Positions 17,416 to 26,002 of a stretch of 31,584 bases of DNA are shown here, one piece after another; within the stretch, counting starts at the first letter, position 1, and every line of letters begins with the position of its first letter. The notes under the pieces are model-generated. The model was not told the origin of the DNA and made no database searches. It worked only from the letters and a program-made list of their open reading frames with translations. Source of the DNA: Polyangiales bacterium (GTDB taxonomy: Bacteria > Myxococcota_A > Polyangia > Polyangiales > Houyiibacteriaceae); the NCBI GenBank assembly GCA_045106895.1, contig JBGCFM010000198.1, forward strand, positions 1 to 31,584, written 5' to 3'. The translations under genes and the position numbers were made by a program.

Positions 17416-17484
17416 CGCCAAGCCGAAGCGAGGGTGTGAGAGATCCCGACGACGCTCTCTTCCTTCGGTGCTAATTTATGGGCA

Positions 17485-18327
17485 GTGAAGGACACACGCG
17501 ATACGCCTGGTTGGGTCCGCTTGCTGACGAGGGTTGGAGTGCCCAAAGCGCAACGGCGACGCTTCGCGACTCTCTTGGAGGAATACCACCACGGCTACGA
17601 TAGCTTTGGGGCACACCGCGAGGGCGCCGCATTTGCACACGCCTTCACGAACTTTCTCTACGAGCGTTGGTTTCGTGTGCTCAGCCATGGCCACGAGAAC
17701 ATCCCCGCGACGGGACCCGTGATCATCGCTGCGAACCACAGCGGCACACTGCCCTTCGACGCGATGATGATCTACGCGGACCTTCTCCGCCGCACGGACC
17801 CGCCGCGCTTGCCTCGTGCCATCGCCGACAGCTTCGTCGCGGGGCTCCCATGGATCGGGCTGCTCTTTGCGCGAGCTGGCGTGGTCGGCGGCGCACGACG
17901 AAACGTGGAGCATCTGCTGCGAAACGACGAGCTCATCGTGGTGTTCCCCGAAGGCGTTCCCGGAATCAGCAAACGCTACAGCCAACGCTACCAGCTACAG
18001 AACTGGCGCGGCGGACACGCGGAGCTCGCCATTCGCTTCGGCGCGACTGTTGTGCCAACGGCCCTCATCGGCGCGGAGGAACAGATGCCTCAAATCGCTC
18101 GCCTCCCCGTTTCGCTCTTCGGCGCCCCGTTCTTACCCATTCCGGCGACACCAGTGCCCTTGCCTGTTCGCTATCACATTCACTACGGCGAGCCGATCCG
18201 CTTCGACCTCCCGAAGAGCGCCTCGGATGACCCTGAAGCGATCGCGAACGCCTCGGCGCGAGTCCGCGATGCCGTTAGCGACCTCGTCGACGACGGGCTC
18301 CGGCAACGCTCAGGGCGCTTCCGATGA
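17485..18327 (+). CDS. Lysophospholipid/glycerol acyltransferase (PlsC-like)
   Basis: NHSGTLPFD (HxxxxD-type motif), VFPEG and VVPTALIGAEE. Confidence 0.92.
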   Translation: MKDTRDTPGWVRLLTRVGVPKAQRRRFATLLEEYHHGYDSFGAHREGAAFAHAFTNFLYERWFRVLSHGHENIPATGPVIIAANHSGTLPFDAMMIYADLLRRTDPPRLPRAIADSFVAGLPWIGLLFARAGVVGGARRNVEHLLRNDELIVVFPEGVPGISKRYSQRYQLQNWRGGHAELAIRFGATVVPTALIGAEEQMPQIARLPVSLFGAPFLPIPATPVPLPVRYHIHYGEPIRFDLPKSASDDPEAIANASARVRDAVSDLVDDGLRQRSGRFR

Positions 18328-19343
18328 GCCGTTATCTAATCACCGGCGCGACGACGACCGTCGCCTACGCGCTCATCGAACAGCTCCTCGCGGAGGCCAC
18401 CACGGAACGAGTGCTCGCCGTGGGCAAGGAGTCTCTTCGAAGCAGCCGTATTCGCGATGGTCGCCTGCGCTACGTTCGCTCAGACCTCGCCCGCGAACGC
18501 TCCATTCGACGGCTCATCTTTGGACCCGTTCGGGACGAAGGCATCACACACATCGTTCACATGGCGACGCACCGAAGCGCCGTCGAAGGCAAACGCGCCC
18601 ACGCGCTCAATGTCGGGGCGGCTCGCAAAGTTCTTCACTTCGCAGAGCGCGTCGAGTCCGTCGAACGCTTCGTCTACCGGAGTTACGGAAGCGTCTACAA
18701 GACGTCCGCGGACATGCCTGTACGCATCGACGAAGAGCACCCACTTCGCATCGGCCCCCGAACTCCTCAATACGTCCTCGACCGCGTGGAAGCCGACCTC
18801 GCCGTCTGTGCGCGCATGGGCATGTCGCGTATCGGAATCGCCGTGCTTCGCTGCGCGGAATGCCTCGCCGAAGGAACAGGAAGCCAGCTCTGGGACTACC
18901 TTCAGCCCAGTGTCTGCTTTCGTCCCCTTGGCTTTGATCCGATGATCAACGTTCTGAGTCCTTCGGATCTTGGGCGAGCGCTGCTCCTTGCCACGAAGAG
19001 CCGAGCCGAAGGAATTTTCACGATTCCTGGCAAAGACACGCTGCCTCTCTCACGCATCATTCGCCGTTTTGGGCGCCGAGAAGTGCCGCTTCCGGGTCCA
19101 TGGCTAAGGCCCCTCTACTCCGTGCGAAGACGTACCACCGCTGCGGACTTCCACTATGGCGTGAGCCGTGGATGGCTACACTTCGGGGGTGTCCTCGATG
19201 GGCAACGTGCATCAGACGTGCTGGGTTACGAGCCCGTACGCGAGGTGAGTTGGCCTCTGCGCTTGGAGGCGCTGCGCGTCAGAGACGAGGCGAGCAACCC
19301 TCGTTCCCTGCGCGGGAAGTTCGCGCGCTGGCTTGACGAGTAG
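18324..19343 (+). CDS. NAD-dependent epimerase/dehydratase-like (atypical extended SDR)
   Basis: N-terminal LITGA, IVHMA, LNV, IDEEHPL, LGFDPMINVL and LGYEP. ATGA overlap with the acyltransferase stop. Confidence 0.82.
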   Translation: MSRYLITGATTTVAYALIEQLLAEATTERVLAVGKESLRSSRIRDGRLRYVRSDLARERSIRRLIFGPVRDEGITHIVHMATHRSAVEGKRAHALNVGAARKVLHFAERVESVERFVYRSYGSVYKTSADMPVRIDEEHPLRIGPRTPQYVLDRVEADLAVCARMGMSRIGIAVLRCAECLAEGTGSQLWDYLQPSVCFRPLGFDPMINVLSPSDLGRALLLATKSRAEGIFTIPGKDTLPLSRIIRRFGRREVPLPGPWLRPLYSVRRRTTAADFHYGVSRGWLHFGGVLDGQRASDVLGYEPVREVSWPLRLEALRVRDEASNPRSLRGKFARWLDE

Positions 19344-19387
19344 CGACGCCACTTCGTGCAAGCGGCAAACTCCGCTACACTGGCCCA

Positions 19388-20908
19388 ATGGTCCGAATCG
19401 CGTTGGTCGGCTTGGTGTTCACGACGCTCATGGCGTGCGGCCAAATCGGCATCGATTCGGTTCCCGCCCCTGATTCACGCTCCGGTGACGCCGCGCTGTC
19501 AGACGACGCGCCAGGCTTCGATTCGGGCGAAGGAGCCGACGCAGGAAACATCCGCGACGCAGGCGCGAGAATGGACGCTGTCGTGACGCGCGATGCTTTC
19601 TCAAGGGACGCGCGCGTAGAAACGGACGCCGCGCCGAGCGAATGCTCGACCCCCGATGACTGCCCGATGGCCACGAGCGTCTGCCAGGTCCCCGAGTGCC
19701 CCGATGGCGAGTGCAGAGTTCAAGCGGTCAATGAAGGAATGACCTGCCCCAACGGTGACGTTAGCGTGGTCTCGACATGCATCGCCGGCACGTGCACCGC
19801 CACGAGTTGCGTCGCGGACCTGGCGAACTGCGACGGTGACTTCAGCAACGGCTGCGAGACGGGCCTCGGCAACGCGAGTCACTGCGGGGCGTGCGACGAC
19901 TCTTGCCACGTCTTGTGTGGGGGCGCGTCGTGCGACGACGTCGTGGGCATGGCGTTCATATTCGGAGGCCGCGAGGTCTGCGCTGTGCTCGCGTCCGGAC
20001 GCGTCGCCTGCGTGGAAGAAGACGCGCGACAGTTTGTGATCTCTGACGAGTATCCGCTCCTCAAGGTCCTCGACCATCAGGTCTTCTACTGTTTCGTCGA
20101 CGCCGCCGACGTCGCGTGGTGTGCCGGAGACAACGGCATTGGACAGCTTGGTGATGGTACGAGGGAACCACGGGATTCGGCAGTGGAGGTCGCCATTCCC
20201 GACGTCGCACGTCAGGTGAGCGTCGACGTCTCACATGCATGTGCGCTCCTCCAGGGCGGCGAGGTTTTCTGCTGGGGCGGGAACACATTCGGCCAGCTCG
20301 GGCAGGGAACGCGAGAAGACTTCATCGCTACTCCGGTGCAGGTTCCGGGACTGAGCGACGTCGTGGCCATCCACGCGGGCAACACACATACGTTCGCCAG
20401 AACCGCCGGCGGCGAGATCTACAGCTGGGGCGTCTCTGGACGCATCGGCCGTTCAGGCGACCCAAACTCACCGGGTTTCGTCGAAGGTGTCACGACGGCT
20501 GTGCAGGTGGGTACGGGCTTCGGGCATGGTTGCGCGCGACTCACGGATGGAACGCTCCAGTGTTGGGGGCTGAACGGCGACGGGCAGGCCGGAGGGGCTG
20601 GCACCGGCGTCCCAACGGCACGTACCGTCGTGCTCCCGGGTCCTGCCACGGACATAGCCGTGGGCGACTACCACACCTGCGCCGTCGTCGGCGCGAGGGT
20701 CCTGTGCTTCGGACGCAACGTCAGCGGACAGCTTGGTGACGGAACCACCACCTCGCGTTCCACGCCCACGCCGGTCCCTGGTTTATCCGATGTCTCACGT
20801 GTCTTCGCGAGTGGCCTGACCACATGCGCGCTCAACAGCAGCGGGGAGGTTCACTGCTGGGGCGTGGGCATGGGTGTCACGCCGCTGCGAATCACGGCCG
20901 CGGACTAG
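19388..20908 (+). CDS. Lipoprotein with Cys-rich region and RCC1/BLIP-II-like repeats
   Basis: Lipobox LMAC-G, DAG linker, Cys-rich NCDG...NGCE...HCGAC, and repeats CWGxNxxGQLGxG with H(A/T/G)CA. Confidence 0.88.
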   Translation: MVRIALVGLVFTTLMACGQIGIDSVPAPDSRSGDAALSDDAPGFDSGEGADAGNIRDAGARMDAVVTRDAFSRDARVETDAAPSECSTPDDCPMATSVCQVPECPDGECRVQAVNEGMTCPNGDVSVVSTCIAGTCTATSCVADLANCDGDFSNGCETGLGNASHCGACDDSCHVLCGGASCDDVVGMAFIFGGREVCAVLASGRVACVEEDARQFVISDEYPLLKVLDHQVFYCFVDAADVAWCAGDNGIGQLGDGTREPRDSAVEVAIPDVARQVSVDVSHACALLQGGEVFCWGGNTFGQLGQGTREDFIATPVQVPGLSDVVAIHAGNTHTFARTAGGEIYSWGVSGRIGRSGDPNSPGFVEGVTTAVQVGTGFGHGCARLTDGTLQCWGLNGDGQAGGAGTGVPTARTVVLPGPATDIAVGDYHTCAVVGARVLCFGRNVSGQLGDGTTTSRSTPTPVPGLSDVSRVFASGLTTCALNSSGEVHCWGVGMGVTPLRITAAD

Positions 20909-21614
20909 AGCTCATCTCATCACTACGTCTCAAGAGCGCACGCAACGCGATGACATGGGCGAAGAGCGCCGCGACGACGGCGAAGGGAACGATCCAGATA
21001 AAAGGCACGTGGAATGCCAGGAGCACCGGCTCGTCGAAGACGTCGATGGGCGCGCCGGGCGCCGAGAGGACGGCGATGCGTGCGACGTTGAAAAGCAACG
21101 CGAGACCCACGATATGAAATGCGAGCGCGAGCTTCTTGTTTGGCCAGCGCAGCAACACCGGGCCCAAAACGAGGGCGAGGATTCCAGTGGCTACGTCGAA
21201 GTTCTGCCCGGACCAGGTGATCTGCTCAGGAATCGTCCCAGCCTCATGCCAGACCGTGAGCAAGTACTCGAGAGGTAGACGAAAGGCATGAAAGAGAACC
21301 CAAGCGCCCACAGGGAACGCGGCGCCCATGCCGAGGCCAATGGGCCGAAACGCGATGGCGAGCGCCGTGATGTTGAGTGAGAGCAAGGTGAGCGCAGTAA
21401 GAACGAAGGCTTCGGGGTCGAGTACCCACGTCGCGAGGGCCGCGGTGAGCGCACCAACGAAGACGACGACACCGGTCGCGATGAGCGTTCGGCGCCCGCG
21501 CCCCGCCTCTGGCCCCGCCCGTCTCGCGGCGACGACCAGAGCCGCTTGGCAAATGGCCAGCAGTCCTAGGAAAAGAAGAGTCGAATACAGGGGTGGGGGC
21601 TGGAAGACATCCAT
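20892..21614 (-). CDS. Multi-pass membrane protein, function unknown
   Basis: About 7 hydrophobic segments and motif HAFRLPLE...GTIP...GQNFD..TG. GAGG precedes ATG 21614. Divergent from the HxlR gene. Confidence 0.8.
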   Translation of the reverse strand: MDVFQPPPLYSTLLFLGLLAICQAALVVAARRAGPEAGRGRRTLIATGVVVFVGALTAALATWVLDPEAFVLTALTLLSLNITALAIAFRPIGLGMGAAFPVGAWVLFHAFRLPLEYLLTVWHEAGTIPEQITWSGQNFDVATGILALVLGPVLLRWPNKKLALAFHIVGLALLFNVARIAVLSAPGAPIDVFDEPVLLAFHVPFIWIVPFAVVAALFAHVIALRALLRRSDEMSSSPRP

Positions 21615-21664
21615 GGGAACCTCAGCTATCTTTGACCGAAAACACAACCGACTACTATACAAAA

Positions 21665-22333
21665 ATGAACCTCGTGTCGAAAAAAGAAGCTGAAAAGGCC
21701 AAAACGGCTAAAAACGAACGTCGCTATCGCCAGCTCTGTGGTGTTGCCAAAGCGTTGGATCTGGTGGGGGAGCGCTGGACGCTGCTCATTGTCCGCGACC
21801 TTCTTCTCGGACCGCTGCGTTTCTCCGAGCTTCTCGAACTCGAAGAGGGCATCGGACCCAACTTGCTCTCGCGGCGGCTACGAACCTTGGTCGAGCGCGA
21901 GTGGGTCACCATTCGGAAAGAAGGACGCGCGAAGGTGTACGCGCTGAGTCCAAGCGGAGAGCGCCTACGTCCAGTGGTCCTTGCACTCGGCGAGTTTGGG
22001 TCGGCCTTCATGAACCCCGCCGACGGGGAACGCGGGCGCCTCGACTGGTTTGCGTTTTCATTGCAGCGGCGCATCAAACGCATTCCAAAACCCACCACCC
22101 TTTGTCTCGTCGGCGATGACGGGAGATTCGTCGTTCGGCTAGGCCCAGGAGTCGAAGTGCGTCGAGGTTCAGGCGTCGGTATCGAAGCGCACGTTCACGG
22201 CGAACTACGTTCCTTCGCCCGCTGGCTCGCCTTCGGCGAAGACTGGCGCAAGCTCGCCCAGGAAGGCGCGCTTCGCATCGATGGCTCGGAGGACGCCGTC
22301 GAGCGCTTCGGCGCGGCTTTCGTCGAAGCTTGA
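21665..22333 (+). CDS. HxlR-family winged-helix regulator with C-terminal SCP2-like domain
   Basis: YRQLCGVAKALDLVGERWTLLIVRDLLLGPLRFSEL, GIGPNLLSRRL and C-terminal LRIDGS. TACTAT lies 6 nt before ATG 21665. Confidence 0.9.
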   Translation: MNLVSKKEAEKAKTAKNERRYRQLCGVAKALDLVGERWTLLIVRDLLLGPLRFSELLELEEGIGPNLLSRRLRTLVEREWVTIRKEGRAKVYALSPSGERLRPVVLALGEFGSAFMNPADGERGRLDWFAFSLQRRIKRIPKPTTLCLVGDDGRFVVRLGPGVEVRRGSGVGIEAHVHGELRSFARWLAFGEDWRKLAQEGALRIDGSEDAVERFGAAFVEA

Positions 22334-22372
22334 TCGGCTCAGCGCCATCGCCGCATACTTGGCGAACACGCA

Positions 22373-22918
22373 ATGGAAGAGCTCTCCCAAACGGAACTGG
22401 CGCGTGTGGTCGCTGGCTTTCCCCGCGAACTCGGCTCTCAGCTAGGCGCGTGGCACGTCGCAGACCTGGGACGTTCTCTCAGCGACAGCGCTATCGAGCC
22501 AGTGCACGTCTGCGGCGAAGAGGTTCGCATTCCGTACGGCGTCGACTTCGGCGCGCCTTTTTGGGACGACTCACGAGAGCCACTCGAAACCGCCATGATC
22601 CACTGTGTCTACACGCGACACCATGATGGCTACGTCCGCGAAGCACACGTCGCGGAGGTATTGCGCTCCCCGTCCCCTTGGGCCGTTCCTTACTTAGTGC
22701 GGCTCCTGGGCGCGCCGGTGGCGGAGATCACGGAACGAATCGAGTCGGGAATGACGGACGCTTGGGCAAATGAGTTTCGCGCCTTCGCGCAGCACAACGG
22801 CGACTTCATGCGCCTCACGCGCGCCCGCGCATGCAGCTATGGTTCGTTCTACCGGCATCGCTTTCGCCACGCGGACGACTACCCAGCGCTTCGAGTTCTA
22901 AACGCACTCAAAATCTAG
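22373..22918 (+). CDS. Hypothetical protein
   Basis: 181-aa ORF filling the gap between neighbours, with protein-like composition and motif CVYTRHHDGYVRE...WAVPY. Confidence 0.7.
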   Translation: MEELSQTELARVVAGFPRELGSQLGAWHVADLGRSLSDSAIEPVHVCGEEVRIPYGVDFGAPFWDDSREPLETAMIHCVYTRHHDGYVREAHVAEVLRSPSPWAVPYLVRLLGAPVAEITERIESGMTDAWANEFRAFAQHNGDFMRLTRARACSYGSFYRHRFRHADDYPALRVLNALKI

Positions 22919-22930
22919 CCCGAGCACTCT

Positions 22931-23830
22931 TCATATGCGGTTTAGGAAAAGCGCCGCGGCATGATCCACTTTGGCGCGCTCGCGAAGCTGAAGCATCCAC
23001 GTCTTGGGCATCGCGCCGGCACCAAAGCGGGCTCCGAACAGCTGTCCCGCCATCGACGCGATGGAGTCACAGTCGCCGCCTAGCCGAACCAGGCTCTGTA
23101 TCAAGGTGCTGTAGTCGCCTTCTTCCGCCCGCGCCGCCGCCCAAATGGCGAGGGGAACAGACTCGACGACGTACCCGCTCGTTCCCAGCTCCGCCGCCGC
23201 GTCTTCCAGGGTTCCGTCCCATCGCGAGAGCAGCTGCAAACGGTCTCGCACGCGCGTATCGGAAAGACGGGACGCCACCGCCGTGAGACTCAGTGGACGA
23301 TTGTGGAGGACGTCGTGAATGGCGAGGCAGAGCGCGAGTGCGCCGACGTAGGCCTCGTCCGAGTGATGCGTAATCCGGGCCACGTCACGGATTCGAAGAC
23401 GGCCGATTCGCGTGGCGGGGTCCAAAGCAAAAGCCAAGGGCGCGATGCGAATCGCCGCGCCGTTTCCCGCGGCCATTTCTCCTTTTCGTCCAACGAGCGC
23501 CCAGTGCGCGCCGAAGTGCAGTTCCCGAATCGCTTTCGTGGTGGACGCGCCGGCGCCACGGATTCCGTCACGGCGGTTCCAGTCTACGAACGCCTGGGCG
23601 ATGAGCTCGGGGTCCACGCGAGCGCGCGAAGCGATGGCCTCCAGCGTCGCGAGAGTCAGCTGTGTGTCGTCAGAAATGCAGCCAAGACAGTCGAGGGCGT
23701 CTCCGTCTGGCGGACCACGGCTTTCGAACTGGAAGCCCAACGCATCTCCCAGAGCGCCGCCGTAGAGACATCCGTATAGGCGCGTAGGCTCGAACTCCGG
23801 GCGAACTTCTTGGGCGCGCTTCCACCACAC
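22931..23830 (-). CDS. ADP-ribosylglycohydrolase (DraG/ARH family)
   Basis: GALGDALG, SDDTQLT, AGNGAAIRIAP, ARITH and GGDCDSIASMAG. Start uncertain: GTG 23830 was chosen, and the ORF is open to 23911. Confidence 0.9.
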   Translation of the reverse strand: MWWKRAQEVRPEFEPTRLYGCLYGGALGDALGFQFESRGPPDGDALDCLGCISDDTQLTLATLEAIASRARVDPELIAQAFVDWNRRDGIRGAGASTTKAIRELHFGAHWALVGRKGEMAAGNGAAIRIAPLAFALDPATRIGRLRIRDVARITHHSDEAYVGALALCLAIHDVLHNRPLSLTAVASRLSDTRVRDRLQLLSRWDGTLEDAAAELGTSGYVVESVPLAIWAAARAEEGDYSTLIQSLVRLGGDCDSIASMAGQLFGARFGAGAMPKTWMLQLRERAKVDHAAALFLNRI

Positions 23831-23861
23831 GCTGCATGGGTAAGCACGCAGAAGAAGTACG

Positions 23862-23886
23862 CAAGAACGGTAAACTAAAGTTCTTG
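23862..23886. promoter_or_regulatory. Inverted repeat around a -10-like hexamer upstream of the truncated hemoglobin gene
   Basis: CAAGAAC-N11-GTTCTTG, with TAAACT (23871-23876) inside the spacer. Confidence 0.45.
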
Positions 23887-23909
23887 GACGTCTTGTCGTT
23901 CTCCATGCC

Positions 23910-24287
23910 ATGGATGAAGCCTCCCTCTACGTGAGACTTGGCGGCGAAGCCGCTGTCATGGCCGCGTGCAGCACGTTCTACGAACGCTTAGTAGCCGATG
24001 AGCTCCTCGCTAGGTTCTTTGTGGGCCTCGACATTGACGTTCTGACCGCAAAGCAAGTCGGTTTTCTTTCCCGATCTTTCGGCGGGCCCAAAGCCTACCA
24101 GGGTCGCCCGCTGCGACAGTCGCATGCACGACTCGTGAAGGAACATGGTCTTTCGGACCAACACTTCGACCGGATCACACTTCACTTGTGCGAAACCCTC
24201 GCCGAACTCGATGTTCCAGCGCCGCTGATCAAAGAAGTCAGCGCTATCGTCGAGAACACGCGAAGCGAGGTTCTCGGCCGCTCATGA
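23910..24287 (+). CDS. glbN: Group I truncated hemoglobin (trHbN)
   Basis: SLYVRLGG, FY (B9-B10), FF (CD1), KQ..FL, GGP..Y.GR, proximal His in QSH, and HFD; 125 aa. Confidence 0.93.
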   Translation: MDEASLYVRLGGEAAVMAACSTFYERLVADELLARFFVGLDIDVLTAKQVGFLSRSFGGPKAYQGRPLRQSHARLVKEHGLSDQHFDRITLHLCETLAELDVPAPLIKEVSAIVENTRSEVLGRS

Positions 24288-24547
24288 AGGTCACGGTGCT
24301 CGATGGCTCGCGTCGAAATGAAATGACTGTCGGGCGCTTTCTCGGTCTACCTCTCTTAAAACGGGTCCAGCTCATTCTCAGCGGAAGCCTGACATTCGCA
24401 GAGAATGGAGTTGAGATCGCAACGGCTGTTGGCCTAGCGCGACTCAGGAAAGAAAGCGCAAGCTTGAGCTCTCCACCACCGGATCCGAAGAACGCTGAAG
24501 CTGCCAGCGACTCCGGCGCGGGCTTCTGGCCTGCGACTCGTGAGTAA
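24284..24547 (+). CDS. Small hypothetical protein (87 aa) coupled to glbN
   Basis: ATG 24284 overlaps the glbN TGA (ATGA). Sequence begins MKVTVLDGSRRNEMTVGRFLGLPLLKRVQLILSG. It fills the gap to the convergent gene. Confidence 0.6.
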   Translation: MKVTVLDGSRRNEMTVGRFLGLPLLKRVQLILSGSLTFAENGVEIATAVGLARLRKESASLSSPPPDPKNAEAASDSGAGFWPATRE

Positions 24548-24553
24548 GAGGAA

Positions 24554-25093
24554 TCACTCCACCTTCGCCTCCAGAAGTGCTGCCAACTCGATGGTGCGCA
24601 ACGCTGTGTCCTCCGTCGCTTCGAGAATCACCGGAGGGGCTGCGCCCGCCGTCGCTGCTTCGGCCCAACGTGCGGCGCACAAACACCAACGGTCTCCGGG
24701 CCTCAGTCCAGCAAATCCGTAGGCCGGACGCGGCGTCGAGAGGTCGTTGCCCATGTTTTGTGTGTAGGTAAGAAACGCCTCCGTCATCTGCGCACATACG
24801 ACGTGAACGCCGCGGTCTTCCGGGCCCGTCTCGCAGCGCCCTGTTCTTCGAAACCCCGTGAGCGGCGCCTCCGAACAAGTGGCTAGAGTTTCGCCGAGCA
24901 CGTTCTGTGCATCGGCGACGGGCTGCACTTCAGGAGGGATCGCGCAGTCGCTGTGCGGAGTTCCGCACATCGCGAGTGGGGCGGCTTCTTGCTCCGACGC
25001 CGCCGCTGTGGCGTGACTCACCGTCAAAGGGGCCTCAGACGAAGCACACGCGACGATAAAGAGAATCCCAACTGGAAAGGACGCGGCTTTCAC
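24554..25093 (-). CDS. DUF2237 family protein with N-terminal lipoprotein-like extension
   Basis: NVLGE.L..CS..PLTGF.R.G.C, GNDLSTP and GL.PGDRWCLCAARW. N-terminus ILFIVAC-A. TAGCTT lies 6 nt before the GTG. Confidence 0.88.
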   Translation of the reverse strand: MKAASFPVGILFIVACASSEAPLTVSHATAAASEQEAAPLAMCGTPHSDCAIPPEVQPVADAQNVLGETLATCSEAPLTGFRRTGRCETGPEDRGVHVVCAQMTEAFLTYTQNMGNDLSTPRPAYGFAGLRPGDRWCLCAARWAEAATAGAAPPVILEATEDTALRTIELAALLEAKVE

Positions 25094-25119
25094 CCAGCGA
25101 AGCTAGGGGCATACGCACC

Positions 25120-25149
25120 AAAGTGAAGAAGCGAAGCCTCCTTCGGCTT
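25120..25149 (-). terminator. Possible weak intrinsic terminator
   Basis: Minus strand aag-c-cgaag-gagg-cttcg-ctt followed by cttcacttt, just after the stop at 25157. Confidence 0.3.
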
Positions 25150-25156
25150 GAGTCGC

Positions 25157-26002
25157 TCAGAAGGTGTGCAGGAAATACACGCCCGTGAGACTCACACCAC
25201 CCGTCGTCACCGTTTCGGGCTCGTCCGGCGCCGGCGCGTCGACTTCCTCTTCGTAGTCATCGACGTAGTCGTCTTCGTAGTCATCCGGCTCAGCATCGTC
25301 CTCCGATGGAATCATCTCCTCGAGCTCCATGGGCGTGTAGCGATGCAGGTAGCGGCCGCCACAGAAACTTCCGCGAACGCTCTCCCAGCTGCGTACCGAG
25401 TCTCTCGGCGTGAGGAGAATACGCGCCTCGGTAAAGAACAAACCACCTCCGACCATGCGCAAGACGGTGAGCGGAGAGTCAAACTTCAGCATGATCACCG
25501 TCGACCAAGTCGCCGACCAGACCACCGGCGTGAGATGCGCCAGTGGCCCTGAAGAGCGTGCTGCACGGGCCGAGGCGAGCTCCATCATGTCCAGCCCGTA
25601 GCGAAGCTTCAGGCGGCGCTCTTCCAAGGTTCTGTCGGGCTGGCGTCGAAAGCGCTGTGGCGCGACGGCCGAGATGTTCGGAATGATCGCCATCTGCGCC
25701 GACGTTAGAAACGCGCCAATGCCCCCGAGGTAGTTGCTAAAACGATCGACGCGTTCGTCGGCCTGAGAGGCGACGATGATCGAATACACGCCCAGCCCCG
25801 CGAAGAGCGACATGAAGCCATACCAGTGCGCCCGTGCTCGCCTCTTGTTCGCCTGAAAGTGCGAGTCGATGAGGTTGATTCGCATGTCGACTTCCGCCGG
25901 CGAAAGCTCATTGATGCAGCTCGTTGGATTCTGCGCGAGGGCGGAATTCGACGCGGCCGTGAAGGCCAACACCAAGGCAAAGACGCGACTCAACTTACGC
26001 AA
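25157..26002 (-). CDS. Hypothetical exported/membrane protein with acidic C-terminal region
   Basis: TTG 26002 with AGGAG 8 nt upstream, signal peptide (ALA-Q), several hydrophobic segments, a D/E/Y-rich stretch and C-terminal YFLHTF. Confidence 0.72.
   Translation of the reverse strand: MRKLSRVFALVLAFTAASNSALAQNPTSCINELSPAEVDMRINLIDSHFQANKRRARAHWYGFMSLFAGLGVYSIIVASQADERVDRFSNYLGGIGAFLTSAQMAIIPNISAVAPQRFRRQPDRTLEERRLKLRYGLDMMELASARAARSSGPLAHLTPVVWSATWSTVIMLKFDSPLTVLRMVGGGLFFTEARILLTPRDSVRSWESVRGSFCGGRYLHRYTPMELEEMIPSEDDAEPDDYEDDYVDDYEEEVDAPAPDEPETVTTGGVSLTGVYFLHTF

Noticed and set aside
17423..17468. Loose hairpin ccgaag...gagag...ctctc...cttcgg in an intergenic region
   Set aside because: Short, interrupted stems with no U-tract, compatible with chance.
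17816..18937. 373-aa + strand ORF spanning two genes
   Set aside because: Off-frame, R/S/P-rich, and overlapping two genes with clear motifs.
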